A stretch of DNA of 35,904 nucleotides. Source: Nitrospirales bacterium. Lineage in GTDB: Bacteria > Nitrospirota > Nitrospiria > Nitrospirales > Nitrospiraceae. Position numbers and translations under genes: made by a program. Below are positions 1 through 8,656 of the stretch, in pieces. Numbering within the stretch: position 1 is the stretch's first letter; every line of letters begins with the position of its first letter. The stretch spans positions 1-35,904 of the forward strand of contig JBDUAJ010000001.1 of the NCBI GenBank assembly GCA_040004695.1. Reading direction: 5' to 3'. The notes beneath the pieces are model-generated. The model saw only the letters and a program-made list of their open reading frames with translations, ran no database searches and was not told the origin of the DNA.

Positions 1-2
1 GT

Positions 3-1262
3 AAGGACACATTTCAGCGGTTGCCTGAAATCGGCACGAACCTTGTGAATATCGCTCCCTTTGACGGACCCGTCCTCCTGGGCCTCGAATCGGGCCTGGT
101 GAATTTCTACCGTGAGGAAGGATTCAGCATGAATCGCGCCGATATCGCGCCGTCCCTTTCCACGCCCATGTTGGATCTCGGGCATGTCGCCGGGGTAAAG
201 CCGCAAGTGCGCTTCCGCGAGGTCTACTACACGAGAAATGTGTCCGATACCGGCACCGCTCATCGTGAAACCTTCTGGGCGGCACTCGAAGGGTCGTCGA
301 AGCTGAGCCGTCAGTTCCGCTATGAAGACGGCGGCAGCATCTTGCATACCATTGAACCGAAAATTATCTATGAATTCGTTCCCAGCACGCGGCAAGGGGA
401 TATCGTACAGGTCGATGCGGTGGATGATCTGCCCAAAAAAAATCTTGTGACTTATTCAATCAATAGCCGTCTGCTCGAACAGACGGCGCATGGCACTTCC
501 AGCTGGTTGGATGTGCTCATTGCACAGAGCTATCATGTGGGTGGGACGCCCACTGCGACGCGGGATTTCTTCTTCACCGGCACCCCGCTTTTCGGGTCTC
601 TGACGCAACCACTTCAGCCGCCTACAGTTCCTGTTCATACGAATAAGTTTTCCGATGTCTGGGCACGCACGGTCATCGGCAATCCGGTCGGAGCGATTCG
701 GATGGTGGACCATGTGTTGACCCTGGATGCGTTTTATGATCCCTATCGAAATATGTTCAGTCAGTTTAATACAGACTTGCGCTTTCAGTATGAGCGAGAG
801 TGGTACGTCGAAGTGGGGCAGCGGCACACGCGTGAAGGCGTACGTCCACGGCGCGGCGATATCTGGAATCCGATTTCCTTTAATGAAGTGTTTGCTCCTA
901 CCGCAGAGCTGAATTTCCTGACGCTGGCGGGCGGGTTTCGCGGCCCCTTCGGCCTGGCCTTCGGCGCCAAGACGTATTACGACGTCAAGGGGGGTGGCAG
1001 TCCCGAAACAGATGTGGTCGCCCTGTATCGGAATCCCTGCGAGTGTTGGTCGTTAGGGTTGTACTATATTCATTTCCCGGATCGTGTTCAGTATAATTTT
1101 ATGCTTACGCTGACCGGTGTCGGGACCACCGAAAATTTTGGGACTCAAATCATGAAATACCTCCTCCAACCGCTTCTAATTGGGGAGCGCGCATTGCCCT
1201 GGCCGTCTCCTTACGGCAAGCGCTCGACCACCTCCGCAGCGTCTCCCGGGATGCTGCCTTGA
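3..1262 (+). CDS. lptD: LPS-assembly outer-membrane protein LptD, C-terminal portion (5' end outside the window)
   Basis: The frame is open from the window edge, with no stop between nt 3 and the listed TTG at 21. The protein is long and beta-strand-rich. It has HTIEPKIIYEFVP-type strands and the C-terminal Cys pair NPCECWSLGLYY typical of the LptD/OstA_C family. Stop TGA at 1260-1262. Confidence 0.75.
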   Translation, partial: KDTFQRLPEIGTNLVNIAPFDGPVLLGLESGLVNFYREEGFSMNRADIAPSLSTPMLDLGHVAGVKPQVRFREVYYTRNVSDTGTAHRETFWAALEGSSKLSRQFRYEDGGSILHTIEPKIIYEFVPSTRQGDIVQVDAVDDLPKKNLVTYSINSRLLEQTAHGTSSWLDVLIAQSYHVGGTPTATRDFFFTGTPLFGSLTQPLQPPTVPVHTNKFSDVWARTVIGNPVGAIRMVDHVLTLDAFYDPYRNMFSQFNTDLRFQYEREWYVEVGQRHTREGVRPRRGDIWNPISFNEVFAPTAELNFLTLAGGFRGPFGLAFGAKTYYDVKGGGSPETDVVALYRNPCECWSLGLYYIHFPDRVQYNFMLTLTGVGTTENFGTQIMKYLLQPLLIGERALPWPSPYGKRSTTSAASPGMLP

Positions 1263-1351
1263 CAAGACGCGCACGGCTCCTTACTGTCCCAGTATCAGTG
1301 GCCGGTCATTTCCAGTCGGATAAGTGCGATGTCATACGGCGGGGTTCTTTC

Positions 1352-3586
1352 ATGATGCCTGAACACAAACAAGAGACGACCGTGGATGATGTCATTCGCG
1401 TGAATGATCAGTTTTATATTTTGTCGACGTCGTCCATGGCTGACGACCGCACGCGAGTCCTCAAGCAGGACGACACGTTCGTCGTGTTCGACCGCCATGG
1501 CGATATTCGTCCAGTCGGACAAGGGGTTCAGGGTCTCTACCACGGGGGAACAAGGTTCTTATCCAGGCTGGAACTGAGACTGGGCAAGGATCGACCGATG
1601 CTGCTGAGTTCCACTGTCAGAGATGATAATGGGTTGTTGGCTGTCGATCTGACGAACCCGGATTCATACGCAAACGGTGAGGTCGCGGTCCCACGCGGCA
1701 TGCTTCATATTTCACGTGTGATGTTTTTGTGGCAAGGCCAATGCTTTGAGCGCTTGCGGCTGCTCAATTATGGCCTGGCGCCGATCGACCTTTCTTTCTC
1801 GCTGAAATTTGATGCCGACTTTGCCGATATCTTTGAAGTCCGCGGGTCAAAACGTCCGCATCGCGGACGACGGTCGAACGATACCATCGATGGCGGTACC
1901 ATTGTGATGACCTATGAAGGGCTCGACGGAATCGTTCGCCGCACACGGTTGGAGTGCACCCCAGGCCCCACGCGCGTCATCGGATCGGAAGCCTATTTCG
2001 AGACGCCACTTCCGTCCAAAGGCGAGGTCACGTTTCTTTTGACGATCACCTGCGAAACCCCTTCCTCGGTTGTTCGTCGCGTCGCCTATCAGTCGGCCCT
2101 CTCGGAAGCGACTCATGTGTTGGCCGAGGCGAAACGCCAGGCCTGCCATATTTTTACGTCAAACGAAGGGTTCAATGATTGGTTGAACCGGTCATTTGCA
2201 GACCTTCAGATGATGAGTACCGATACGCCCCATGGTCCCTATCCTTATGCCGGCGTACCGTGGTTCAGCACCCCGTTTGGCCGCGACGGCTTGATCACGG
2301 CGTTGGAGTGTCTGTGGACAAAGCCGGACATGGCCAGAGGCGTGCTCGCGTATTTGGCTTCAGCACAGGCCACCTCCGTGATTGCGGAACAAGATGCGGA
2401 GCCGGGGAAGATCCTTCACGAAGCACGTAGCGGCGAGATGGCCGCGTTGGGCGAGATTCCATTCGGGCGCTATTACGGCAGCGTGGATTCAACCCCGCTG
2501 TTTGTCATGTTGGCGGGCGCCTATTACGAGCGCACCGGGGACCTCGCGTTTATGCAAGCGATCTGGCCTCATGTTCAATTGAGCTTACGGTGGCTCGATA
2601 CGTATGGCGATGTGGATGGCGACGGATTCGTCGAATATGCCCGGCATTCCACGAAAGGCCTTGTGCAACAGGGGTGGAAAGATTCCGCGGATTCGGTGTT
2701 TTACGACGACGGCGTGCTGGCAGAACCTCCCATCGCCCTCTGTGAGGTGCAGGGCTACGTCTTTGCAGCTAAACGGATGGCCGCTCAGTTAGCTATGGCA
2801 CTTGGGCAGCCCGCGGAGGCCGCTGAACTGTGGCGACAAGCCGAAGAGCTTCAGCGACGGTTCGAGGCCACCTTTTGGTCCGAGAAATTGGGGACCTATG
2901 TGTTGGCGCTGGATGGTCGGAAACGTCCGTGCGAGGTTCGCACCTCCAATGCCGGGCATTGTTTGTTGACCGGGATCGCCAGTCCCGAGCGTGCGGCCCG
3001 GACGGCGCACACCCTGTTGTCTCAAGATCTCTTCTCCGGGTGGGGGATTCGGACCTTGGCTTCGTCCGAAGTGCGCTATAACCCGATGTCTTACCACAAT
3101 GGCTCGGTTTGGCCACACGACAATGCATTGATCGCCTGGGGGATGGCCCGTTACGGATTTAAGGAGCCGGTACACAACATTTTAACGGGTCTGTTTGATG
3201 CGTCGTTGTTTGTCGAGTTGCACCGTCTCCCCGAATTGTTTTGTGGGTTTGTTCGCCGGCCAGGAGAAGGTCCAACGCTCTATCCGGTGGCCTGCGCACC
3301 GCAAGCCTGGGCTGCCGGGTCAGTGTTTCTCTTGCTCCAGGCCTGTCTCGGTCTGTCGATCCATGGCGCGGAGGAGCGCATTCGTTTTGCGGGTCCGACA
3401 TTGCCGGAATTTTTGCAAGAAGTACGGATTGAAAATCTTCGAGTCGGCAAGGCGACGGTCGATCTCCTGCTCCAACGCCATCCCCAGGACGTCAGCATTC
3501 GCGTGCTTCGTATGGAGGGTCAGATCATCATCGAAAAATTGGGGGCAGGACAGATGCCCACCCGCGTAGTCAATCCGCAGGTCTAG
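1352..3586 (+). CDS. Amylo-alpha-1,6-glucosidase / glycogen-debranching-enzyme-like protein (GDE N-terminal domain plus (alpha/alpha)6 GDE_C barrel)
   Basis: 775-aa ORF. I place the start at the ATG ATG at 1352, because the listed TTG at 1259 overlaps the lptD stop. The N-terminus (VNDQFYILSTSS...DDTFVVFDRHGDI...GLYHGGTRFLS) and C-terminal motifs (PWFSTPFGRDGLIT, QGWKDSADS, CEVQGYV, YHNGSVWPHDNAL) are typical of bacterial GDE-like enzymes. Confidence 0.85.
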   Translation: MMPEHKQETTVDDVIRVNDQFYILSTSSMADDRTRVLKQDDTFVVFDRHGDIRPVGQGVQGLYHGGTRFLSRLELRLGKDRPMLLSSTVRDDNGLLAVDLTNPDSYANGEVAVPRGMLHISRVMFLWQGQCFERLRLLNYGLAPIDLSFSLKFDADFADIFEVRGSKRPHRGRRSNDTIDGGTIVMTYEGLDGIVRRTRLECTPGPTRVIGSEAYFETPLPSKGEVTFLLTITCETPSSVVRRVAYQSALSEATHVLAEAKRQACHIFTSNEGFNDWLNRSFADLQMMSTDTPHGPYPYAGVPWFSTPFGRDGLITALECLWTKPDMARGVLAYLASAQATSVIAEQDAEPGKILHEARSGEMAALGEIPFGRYYGSVDSTPLFVMLAGAYYERTGDLAFMQAIWPHVQLSLRWLDTYGDVDGDGFVEYARHSTKGLVQQGWKDSADSVFYDDGVLAEPPIALCEVQGYVFAAKRMAAQLAMALGQPAEAAELWRQAEELQRRFEATFWSEKLGTYVLALDGRKRPCEVRTSNAGHCLLTGIASPERAARTAHTLLSQDLFSGWGIRTLASSEVRYNPMSYHNGSVWPHDNALIAWGMARYGFKEPVHNILTGLFDASLFVELHRLPELFCGFVRRPGEGPTLYPVACAPQAWAAGSVFLLLQACLGLSIHGAEERIRFAGPTLPEFLQEVRIENLRVGKATVDLLLQRHPQDVSIRVLRMEGQIIIEKLGAGQMPTRVVNPQV

Positions 3587-3591
3587 CTGTC

Positions 3592-4140
3592 ATGCTCTGG
3601 ATCCGTCACCTGAAAATGTGGCGCGGTATGAGGCTTGCTGTCTTGTTCTGCTTGATAGGGGCATGGACAGGTGGGCCGATTGGAATGGCCGTGGCCGGAG
3701 AACAGCCGCGCGATCATTTACGCCGCGCGAAAGTGTTTTTGGCAGCCGGAGATTACCGGCACGCGGTGGAGGCCTGTTTAGAGGAACTCGCCGATTCACC
3801 GTCGGTGGAAAGCTATATCTACGTCACGTACGTGTATCATGCCATTGACGGGTACGTTGAGCATTTAGCGAACACCGATCGATGGGTTGGGATTGAGCAG
3901 CTCTACGTTAATCTTACCTTCCAAGGTCCACAAGATCTTGTGGATCCACCTGAAGTGCTGGCCCGTATTGCCAAAGAAATTATTCAAGGCAGTGTGCAAC
4001 GCCAATCCGATGTAACCGCGGCAATGGCGGCTCGATTGGATGAGGCTGCCGTCGCCAAACTCTGGAAGCAGCAAAAAGCATGGCGTGCCGCCAAGCCCGA
4101 CCAGTGGTGGGCCGGCGTGCCGCCGGAATGGAACTGGTGA
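3592..4140 (+). CDS. Hypothetical secreted protein (signal peptide, Trp-rich C-terminus)
   Basis: 182-aa ORF starting 6 nt after the preceding stop. N-terminus MRLAVLFCLIGAWTGGPIGMAVAGEQ looks like a signal peptide. Alternative starts are at 3616 and 3628. I recognise no family. Confidence 0.5.
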   Translation: MLWIRHLKMWRGMRLAVLFCLIGAWTGGPIGMAVAGEQPRDHLRRAKVFLAAGDYRHAVEACLEELADSPSVESYIYVTYVYHAIDGYVEHLANTDRWVGIEQLYVNLTFQGPQDLVDPPEVLARIAKEIIQGSVQRQSDVTAAMAARLDEAAVAKLWKQQKAWRAAKPDQWWAGVPPEWNW

Positions 4141-4560
4141 GGTGGAGGGGGACGCCTTGGTCACCCCTCGTACTTGCACGCAGCGCACGCGAAGACGGTG
4201 CTCGGCGGATGCGCGCAGTGACGGGGTGAGCCAACGCGTCCCCCTCTTTATTTTGTATTGTTGGGAAGAGGAGAAAAAGGATGGAATGTGGCGACAGACC
4301 CTGCCGCTCCCTCTTTTTGGAGAATGGTAGATCGTTAAGAGGGTGGGAGGCACGTCGCGCACGCGAAGACGGTGCTCGGCGGATGCGCGCTGTGACGGGG
4401 TGAGACAACGCGCCCCCCTCTTTGTTTTGTATTGTTTGGGATGCGCAGACAAGGATGGAATGTGGCGACAGACCGGCCGATCCCTCTATTGGGGAATGGC
4501 AGATGGAGTTGTTTAGAGAAAGGGGACGCCATGACCGGCCTTTCTGCTCGCGCAACCGCA
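4141..4560. repeat. Intergenic tandem repeat: two copies (4141-4338 and 4339-~4515) plus a partial third (~4516-4560)
   Basis: Direct alignment by eye. Segment GCGCACGCGAAGACGGTGCTCGGCGGATGCGCGC(A/T)GTGACGGGGTGAG(C/A)CAACGCG(T/C)CCCCCTCTTT(A/G)TTTTGTATTGTT starts at 4183 and again at 4357, an offset of 174 nt. GGATGGAATGTGGCGACAGACC is identical in both copies. Copy 2 lacks ~27 nt of the copy 1 left arm. The third copy restarts with AGGGGACGCC at 4521. Confidence 0.8.
4144..4262 (+). terminator. Long stem enclosing a 55-nt insert, followed by a T-rich tract. Possible terminator of 3592..4140 or a structured RNA.
   Basis: GGGGGACGCCTTGGTCACCCC (4147-4167) pairs with GGGGTGAGCCAACGCGTCCCCC (4223-4244). 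That gives 20 bp with one mismatch and one bulge. The stem is followed immediately by TCTTTATTTTGTATTGTT. The loop is far larger than in a canonical intrinsic terminator. Confidence 0.35.
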
Positions 4561-4652
4561 CGCAAAAGGGAAAAAGGCCGGCGAGAAAAAAGTCGGCAAC
4601 GATTCTCCTGTGATTCAGAATCCCCGTGCGTCAGGACTCAGTCCTGCGACGG

Positions 4653-4682
4653 TTGACAGTGAAAATGAGGGTACGTTACGAT
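4653..4682 (+). promoter_or_regulatory. Candidate sigma70-type promoter of trxA
   Basis: TTGACA (4653-4658), an 18-nt spacer, then TACGAT (4677-4682), about 40 nt upstream of the trxA GTG. A perfect 15-bp palindrome CAGGACTCAGTCCTG (4632-4646) sits just upstream. Confidence 0.35.
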
Positions 4683-4720
4683 GACTTCTTCGTGCTGACA
4701 TAGTTGAAGAAGGAGGCCCT

Positions 4721-5068
4721 GTGGGAACGAATGCGTTGAAAGTGGATGATGCAGGATGGGATACGGAAGTGATCAAGTCGCCGGGTGTGGTGATGGTGGA
4801 TTTTTGGGCGGTGTGGTGCGGGCCCTGCCAAATGGTGGCACCGATCGTTGATGAATTAGCCACTGAATATGCCGGTAAACTGAAAGTGATGAAGCTGAAT
4901 ACCGACGAAAATCCAGAGGTGGCCGGTCGATATCAAATCATGAGCATTCCGACGATCCTCTTCTTTAAAAATGGCCAGCCCGTTGAAAAACTGATCGGGG
5001 CCCGTCCCAAAAAGCAATTCAAAGACATTATCGATCAATTGCTGACACAATCCGCGTCACCGGCATAG
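4721..5068 (+). CDS. trxA: Thioredoxin
   Basis: 115 aa with the WCGPC active site (FWAVWCGPCQMVAP) and a thioredoxin-fold sequence throughout. GTG start with a strong SD: AAGGAGG at 4709-4715, 5-nt spacing. Confidence 0.95.
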   Translation: MGTNALKVDDAGWDTEVIKSPGVVMVDFWAVWCGPCQMVAPIVDELATEYAGKLKVMKLNTDENPEVAGRYQIMSIPTILFFKNGQPVEKLIGARPKKQFKDIIDQLLTQSASPA

Positions 5069-5208
5069 ACGTCACGATGAAATGAGTGATGAATGAGGGA
5101 TAGAGCGCACACATCCCTGATCGTATCCCTTTCGTTATTCCTCATTCCTCGTTCATCGCTTCCGTTGCGCGCTCCTCGTTGTTCGCACATCGGTTATCAC
5201 TGCTTCTG

Positions 5209-6888
5209 ATGCTCACCGAGCTGCGCATTTCAAACTTCGCGCTGATCGATCGGTTGAGTCTTGAATTTTCCACGGGTTTTCACGTCCTCACCGGTGAAAC
5301 CGGGGCCGGAAAATCCATTCTAGTCGATGCCCTTGCCTTCTTGATCGGTGGCCGTGCCTCGACGGATCAGATTCGATCGGATGCTGAAGAAGCCACCCTT
5401 GAAGCGTCCTTTACTCTTCCCGTCTCCAATCCCTTGCTTCATGAGCTTCGTGAGCAGGAGCTGTTGGGGACCGCTGAGACGGACGTGATCGTTCGCCGAA
5501 TTCTGTCACGCTCAGGGCGCCATCGAATCTATCTCAATGGAAATCTCATCCCTCTCCATACGCTCCAACGTCTTGCGGGCACATTGGTCGATATTCACGG
5601 ACAACACGATCAGCAGTCCTTACTGTCTCCCAAGATGCAGATGGAATTGCTGGATGCGTTCGGCGACTTAGTCGACCTGCGCCGACGTGTGACCGGACAG
5701 TACGAAGTCTGGCGTCACAGACAGCACGCACTGAGTGAAGCGGAGCGCATATTCCGTGAAGGCCGTACGCATGAAGATCTCATTCGATTCCAGTATGGAG
5801 AACTATTGGACGCGGAACTGAAGACCGCTGAGGATCAGCTGCTGAACGCCGAGCGACAACGTTTAGCTCATGCCAGGCGGTTGGCGGAGCTCGGACAGGA
5901 AGCCTATGACGTGTTGTACTCAAGCGATCAGTCAGTCCTGGCCGGATTGGCTCTTGTCGGAGAACGATTGAAGGAGCTTATCAACATCGATTCAGCGCAG
6001 TCAGAATGGTCGACGCTGTGGGAAGGCGCGGCCGTCCAGCTGCGCGAATTATCGCAACGGCTGAATGCGTATCAGCAGCAATTGGAGCAGGATCCCGATC
6101 GGCTCATGCAAATCGAAGAGCGACTGGATCGAATTCACCGCCTCAAGAAAAAGTACGACACGACACTCGAGGGGCTCTTGACCAAAGCGGACGAGCTGGA
6201 GCAACAGCTTGACGCCTTTTCCTCCTCAGAAGATCATTGTACTGCGTTGCGCGACTTAGTAGCACGAGACCTACGAGAGTTGTCCTCCCTGTCCGAACAA
6301 TTGACGCAAGGCCGCCGACGAGCCTCGGAACACATAGAAACGCGCATCACCAAGGAACTACGTGCGCTTCGAATGCACCAGACCAACCTTCACATTGAGG
6401 TTATTCCCACTGAGGATGGGACGTACGGACCAACGGGGCGAGATCGTATAGACTTCCTGTTCTCGGCCAATCCCGGCGAGCCGCTGATGCCCTTGGCTAA
6501 GGTGGCGTCCGGAGGAGAACTCTCTCGAATGATGCTGGCCATCAAAACCGTCCTGGCGGACGCTGACACTGTTCCCGTGTTGATCTTTGATGAGATCGAC
6601 ACAGGGATCGGGGGGGCCGTGGCCACGGTCATGGGACAACGTCTTCGGGCTCTTGCCAAGTATCATCAGGTCCTGTGCATCACACATCTCCCCCAAATTG
6701 CGTCACATGCCACGTCGCATTATCTTGTAGAAAAGACGACCGAGAAAAAGCGAACCGTCACTCGGGTGACGCCGTTGGACCGTGTGGCGCGCCAAGAAGA
6801 AATTGCGCGCATGGTCGGGGGGCTTACGATGACGAAAGCCGTACGCGAGACGGCTGCTCAAATGATCAGTGAAGCCGATCCATTGTAG
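5209..6888 (+). CDS. recN: DNA repair protein RecN
   Basis: Start set at ATG 5209 (MLTELRISNFALIDRL, the canonical RecN N-terminus). Walker A is GETGAGKSILVDAL. A long coiled-coil middle is followed by the signature SGGELSRMMLAIK and Walker B LIFDEIDTGIGG. Confidence 0.95.
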   Translation: MLTELRISNFALIDRLSLEFSTGFHVLTGETGAGKSILVDALAFLIGGRASTDQIRSDAEEATLEASFTLPVSNPLLHELREQELLGTAETDVIVRRILSRSGRHRIYLNGNLIPLHTLQRLAGTLVDIHGQHDQQSLLSPKMQMELLDAFGDLVDLRRRVTGQYEVWRHRQHALSEAERIFREGRTHEDLIRFQYGELLDAELKTAEDQLLNAERQRLAHARRLAELGQEAYDVLYSSDQSVLAGLALVGERLKELINIDSAQSEWSTLWEGAAVQLRELSQRLNAYQQQLEQDPDRLMQIEERLDRIHRLKKKYDTTLEGLLTKADELEQQLDAFSSSEDHCTALRDLVARDLRELSSLSEQLTQGRRRASEHIETRITKELRALRMHQTNLHIEVIPTEDGTYGPTGRDRIDFLFSANPGEPLMPLAKVASGGELSRMMLAIKTVLADADTVPVLIFDEIDTGIGGAVATVMGQRLRALAKYHQVLCITHLPQIASHATSHYLVEKTTEKKRTVTRVTPLDRVARQEEIARMVGGLTMTKAVRETAAQMISEADPL

Positions 6889-7233
6889 TTGTAAGGTAGC
6901 TTTCACTTCTCCTCCCACCAGGACTTCCTTGTAAGTTTTTCCTGACTTTTCAGTTGGTTTACCCCTACAGGAAAAAAAGCGGTTTTCCGATATGTGCATT
7001 GCCGCTTACTGCGTATGATCCCACCAATCAGTCTAGAGGCGTCAGTTTGATTTCTTAGGCAGAGAACCGGACATTCCTGCGTCAGACGAACACACAAATG
7101 GAGCCAGGCTCGGTCCAATTCAAGACGAGTGAATTCTTCGTGCGGTGACTAAAACGTCCCTGAAGATATCCTAGCCACTCTCATTCACCGACAGCTACAT
7201 GCCACGTTTTAGTGTGAAGAGGAGGTGACAGTC

Positions 7234-7932
7234 GTGCATCAATGGCGAAAGCAAATGACTGTAATCATAACCATGGGTTGCTTGCTGGGTGCCTCGGGGG
7301 CCACCACGTTTGCGCAGCCCCTCGGACCTCAGGGAAATCTCCCCCAAACTAAGCGCCCAGTCGTTCCCGGTGCGGACGGGCATCCCTCGGAAAAATTCGA
7401 AAAAGATTCATTGGTAGTGACATCGGAATACTACATCGGGCCTGAGGACGTCCTAGAGATTATTGTGTGGCGTAATCAAGACCTGTCGAAGGTTGTCACC
7501 GTTCGTCCTGATGGCCGCATTTCGCTTCCCTTGCTGGGCGACATTGAAGCCACCGGTCTGACGCCATCGGAATTGACAGCCAACATCGTCAATCGGCTGA
7601 AACAGTTTAAGGAAACCCCGACCGTATCCGTCATCCTTCAGCAAGTGAACAGTTACGGGATCTATGTGTTGGGGGAGACGCAAAAGCCGGGACGCTATTA
7701 TTTGAAGAGTAAGACCACGCTCTTGCAGGCGATTACCATGGCCGGTGGGTTCACGCAGATCGCCGCACGCAATAAAATTGTCATTTTCAGGTGGGGCGAA
7801 GGAAAAAGCGAGATCAAATTAAAAGCCAGTTATGACGACATCGTCCTGCGCGATGGCAACAATCAGAATTTCATCTTGAAGCCTGGAGATACGATCGTCG
7901 TGCCAGCAGAAACGATGGTTCTCACTCAATGA
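7234..7932 (+). CDS. Short OPX-family polysaccharide export protein (Poly_export + SLBB), paralog 1, signal peptidase I type
   Basis: GTG at 7234 lies 8 nt after GGAGG (7221-7225); the listed start at 7225 and ATG 7255 are alternatives. Signal peptide ends ...GATTFA/QP. Core motif YYIGPEDVLEIIVWRNQDLS...VRPDGRISLPLLGDIEATGLT matches the Wza/PEP-CTERM export family. Confidence 0.85.
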   Translation: MHQWRKQMTVIITMGCLLGASGATTFAQPLGPQGNLPQTKRPVVPGADGHPSEKFEKDSLVVTSEYYIGPEDVLEIIVWRNQDLSKVVTVRPDGRISLPLLGDIEATGLTPSELTANIVNRLKQFKETPTVSVILQQVNSYGIYVLGETQKPGRYYLKSKTTLLQAITMAGGFTQIAARNKIVIFRWGEGKSEIKLKASYDDIVLRDGNNQNFILKPGDTIVVPAETMVLTQ

Positions 7933-8543
7933 GTATGAAGAGGTTGCGAGTACGTGTCATCGTTTGCTGTCTCATCGCCGTGTCAGTGGCCGCGTGCAAT
8001 CCGTTCGATCCGAAACCCGAGCCGGCTGCCATTGCCAATCCCACCTACGCGAGCGGTGACTATAAAATCGGGCCCGAGGACGTCTTGGAGATTATTGTCT
8101 GGCGCAATCAGGATTTGTCAAAGACGATTACAGTGAGGCCTGACGGAAAAATCTCCTTGCCGTTGATCGGCGATGTCCAAGCCGTGGGTCTGACACCGGA
8201 TCAATTGACCAAAGAAATTGTCAACCGGCTGAAGGAATACAAAGAAAATCCGAATGTATCGGTCGTCGTTCAGCAAGTGAATAGTTACGGCGTATTTGTC
8301 TTGGGAGAGGTCGCGCATCCAGGGAAGTATCAGCTGAAGTCGTTTACCAGTGTCTTACAGGCTGTGTCGCTGGCGGGCGGGTTTACACCGTATGCTGCAA
8401 AGAGCAAAATGTTCCTTCTGCGAAAATTACCGGACAAAGATAGCGAGGTTCGTATTCCCATCGACTATGATGAGATCGTGTCCGGGGAAGATTCTACTCA
8501 CAATGCCATTCTCGTCCCCGGCGACACGTTGGTCGTTCCGTAG
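7929..8543 (+). CDS. Short OPX-family polysaccharide export lipoprotein, paralog 2
   Basis: ATGA overlap with the preceding stop (7929-7932). Lipobox is VSVAAC. The core is ~65% identical by eye to paralog 1 (YKIGPEDVLEIIVWRNQDLSKTITVRPDGKISLPLIGDVQAVGLT...QQVNSYGVFVLGE). Confidence 0.85.
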   Translation: MSMKRLRVRVIVCCLIAVSVAACNPFDPKPEPAAIANPTYASGDYKIGPEDVLEIIVWRNQDLSKTITVRPDGKISLPLIGDVQAVGLTPDQLTKEIVNRLKEYKENPNVSVVVQQVNSYGVFVLGEVAHPGKYQLKSFTSVLQAVSLAGGFTPYAAKSKMFLLRKLPDKDSEVRIPIDYDEIVSGEDSTHNAILVPGDTLVVP

Positions 8544-8656
8544 TGCGTGTGATGACGCCACGCCTTGGTCTGCTGCCGACAATACCGTCATACATAGTAG
8601 TGATGAATGGAATGGCTCGATTTCTTCCAACCTAAATAACGTGCGGTGAGACTGCC

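Noticed and set aside
4141-4560. Possible CRISPR array.
   Set aside because: The repeat unit is ~175-200 bp with no short-repeat/unique-spacer alternation, and there are no cas genes.
3865-4561. Two long minus-strand ORFs (195 and 193 aa) containing an internally repeated peptide (…TIQNKEG.AL.HPVTARIRRAPSSRA.RAS…).
   Set aside because: The peptide repeat mirrors the DNA tandem repeat. The ORFs run antisense into the 3' end of the 3592..4140 gene. They are Arg/Ser/Pro-rich as expected for off-frame GC-rich DNA, and have no convincing RBS or start.
4281-4613. Small plus-strand ORFs starting MECGDRP (4281-4403 and 4455-4613), and the MWRQT mini-ORFs, each preceded by an AAGGA-like sequence inside each repeat copy.
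   Set aside because: The two copies share only the first 5-7 codons. They then diverge through indels, so conservation is at the nucleotide level rather than the protein level. I treat them as non-coding.
5069-5208. SOS/LexA box upstream of recN, and a hairpin AGGGAT-N11-ATCCCT (5096-5118) as the trxA terminator.
   Set aside because: No CTGT-N8-ACAG, GAAC-N4-GTTC or GTTC-N7-GTTC type site is present. The hairpin is only 6 bp with no following U-tract, so neither call is supportable.
6889-7233. Minus-strand ORFs (6703-6999, 6903-7118) and small hairpins in the recN-to-export-gene spacer.
   Set aside because: There is no RBS or family resemblance. The stems are 5-6 bp with large loops. The spacer probably holds the island promoter, but I could not identify a convincing -35/-10 or -24/-12 pair.
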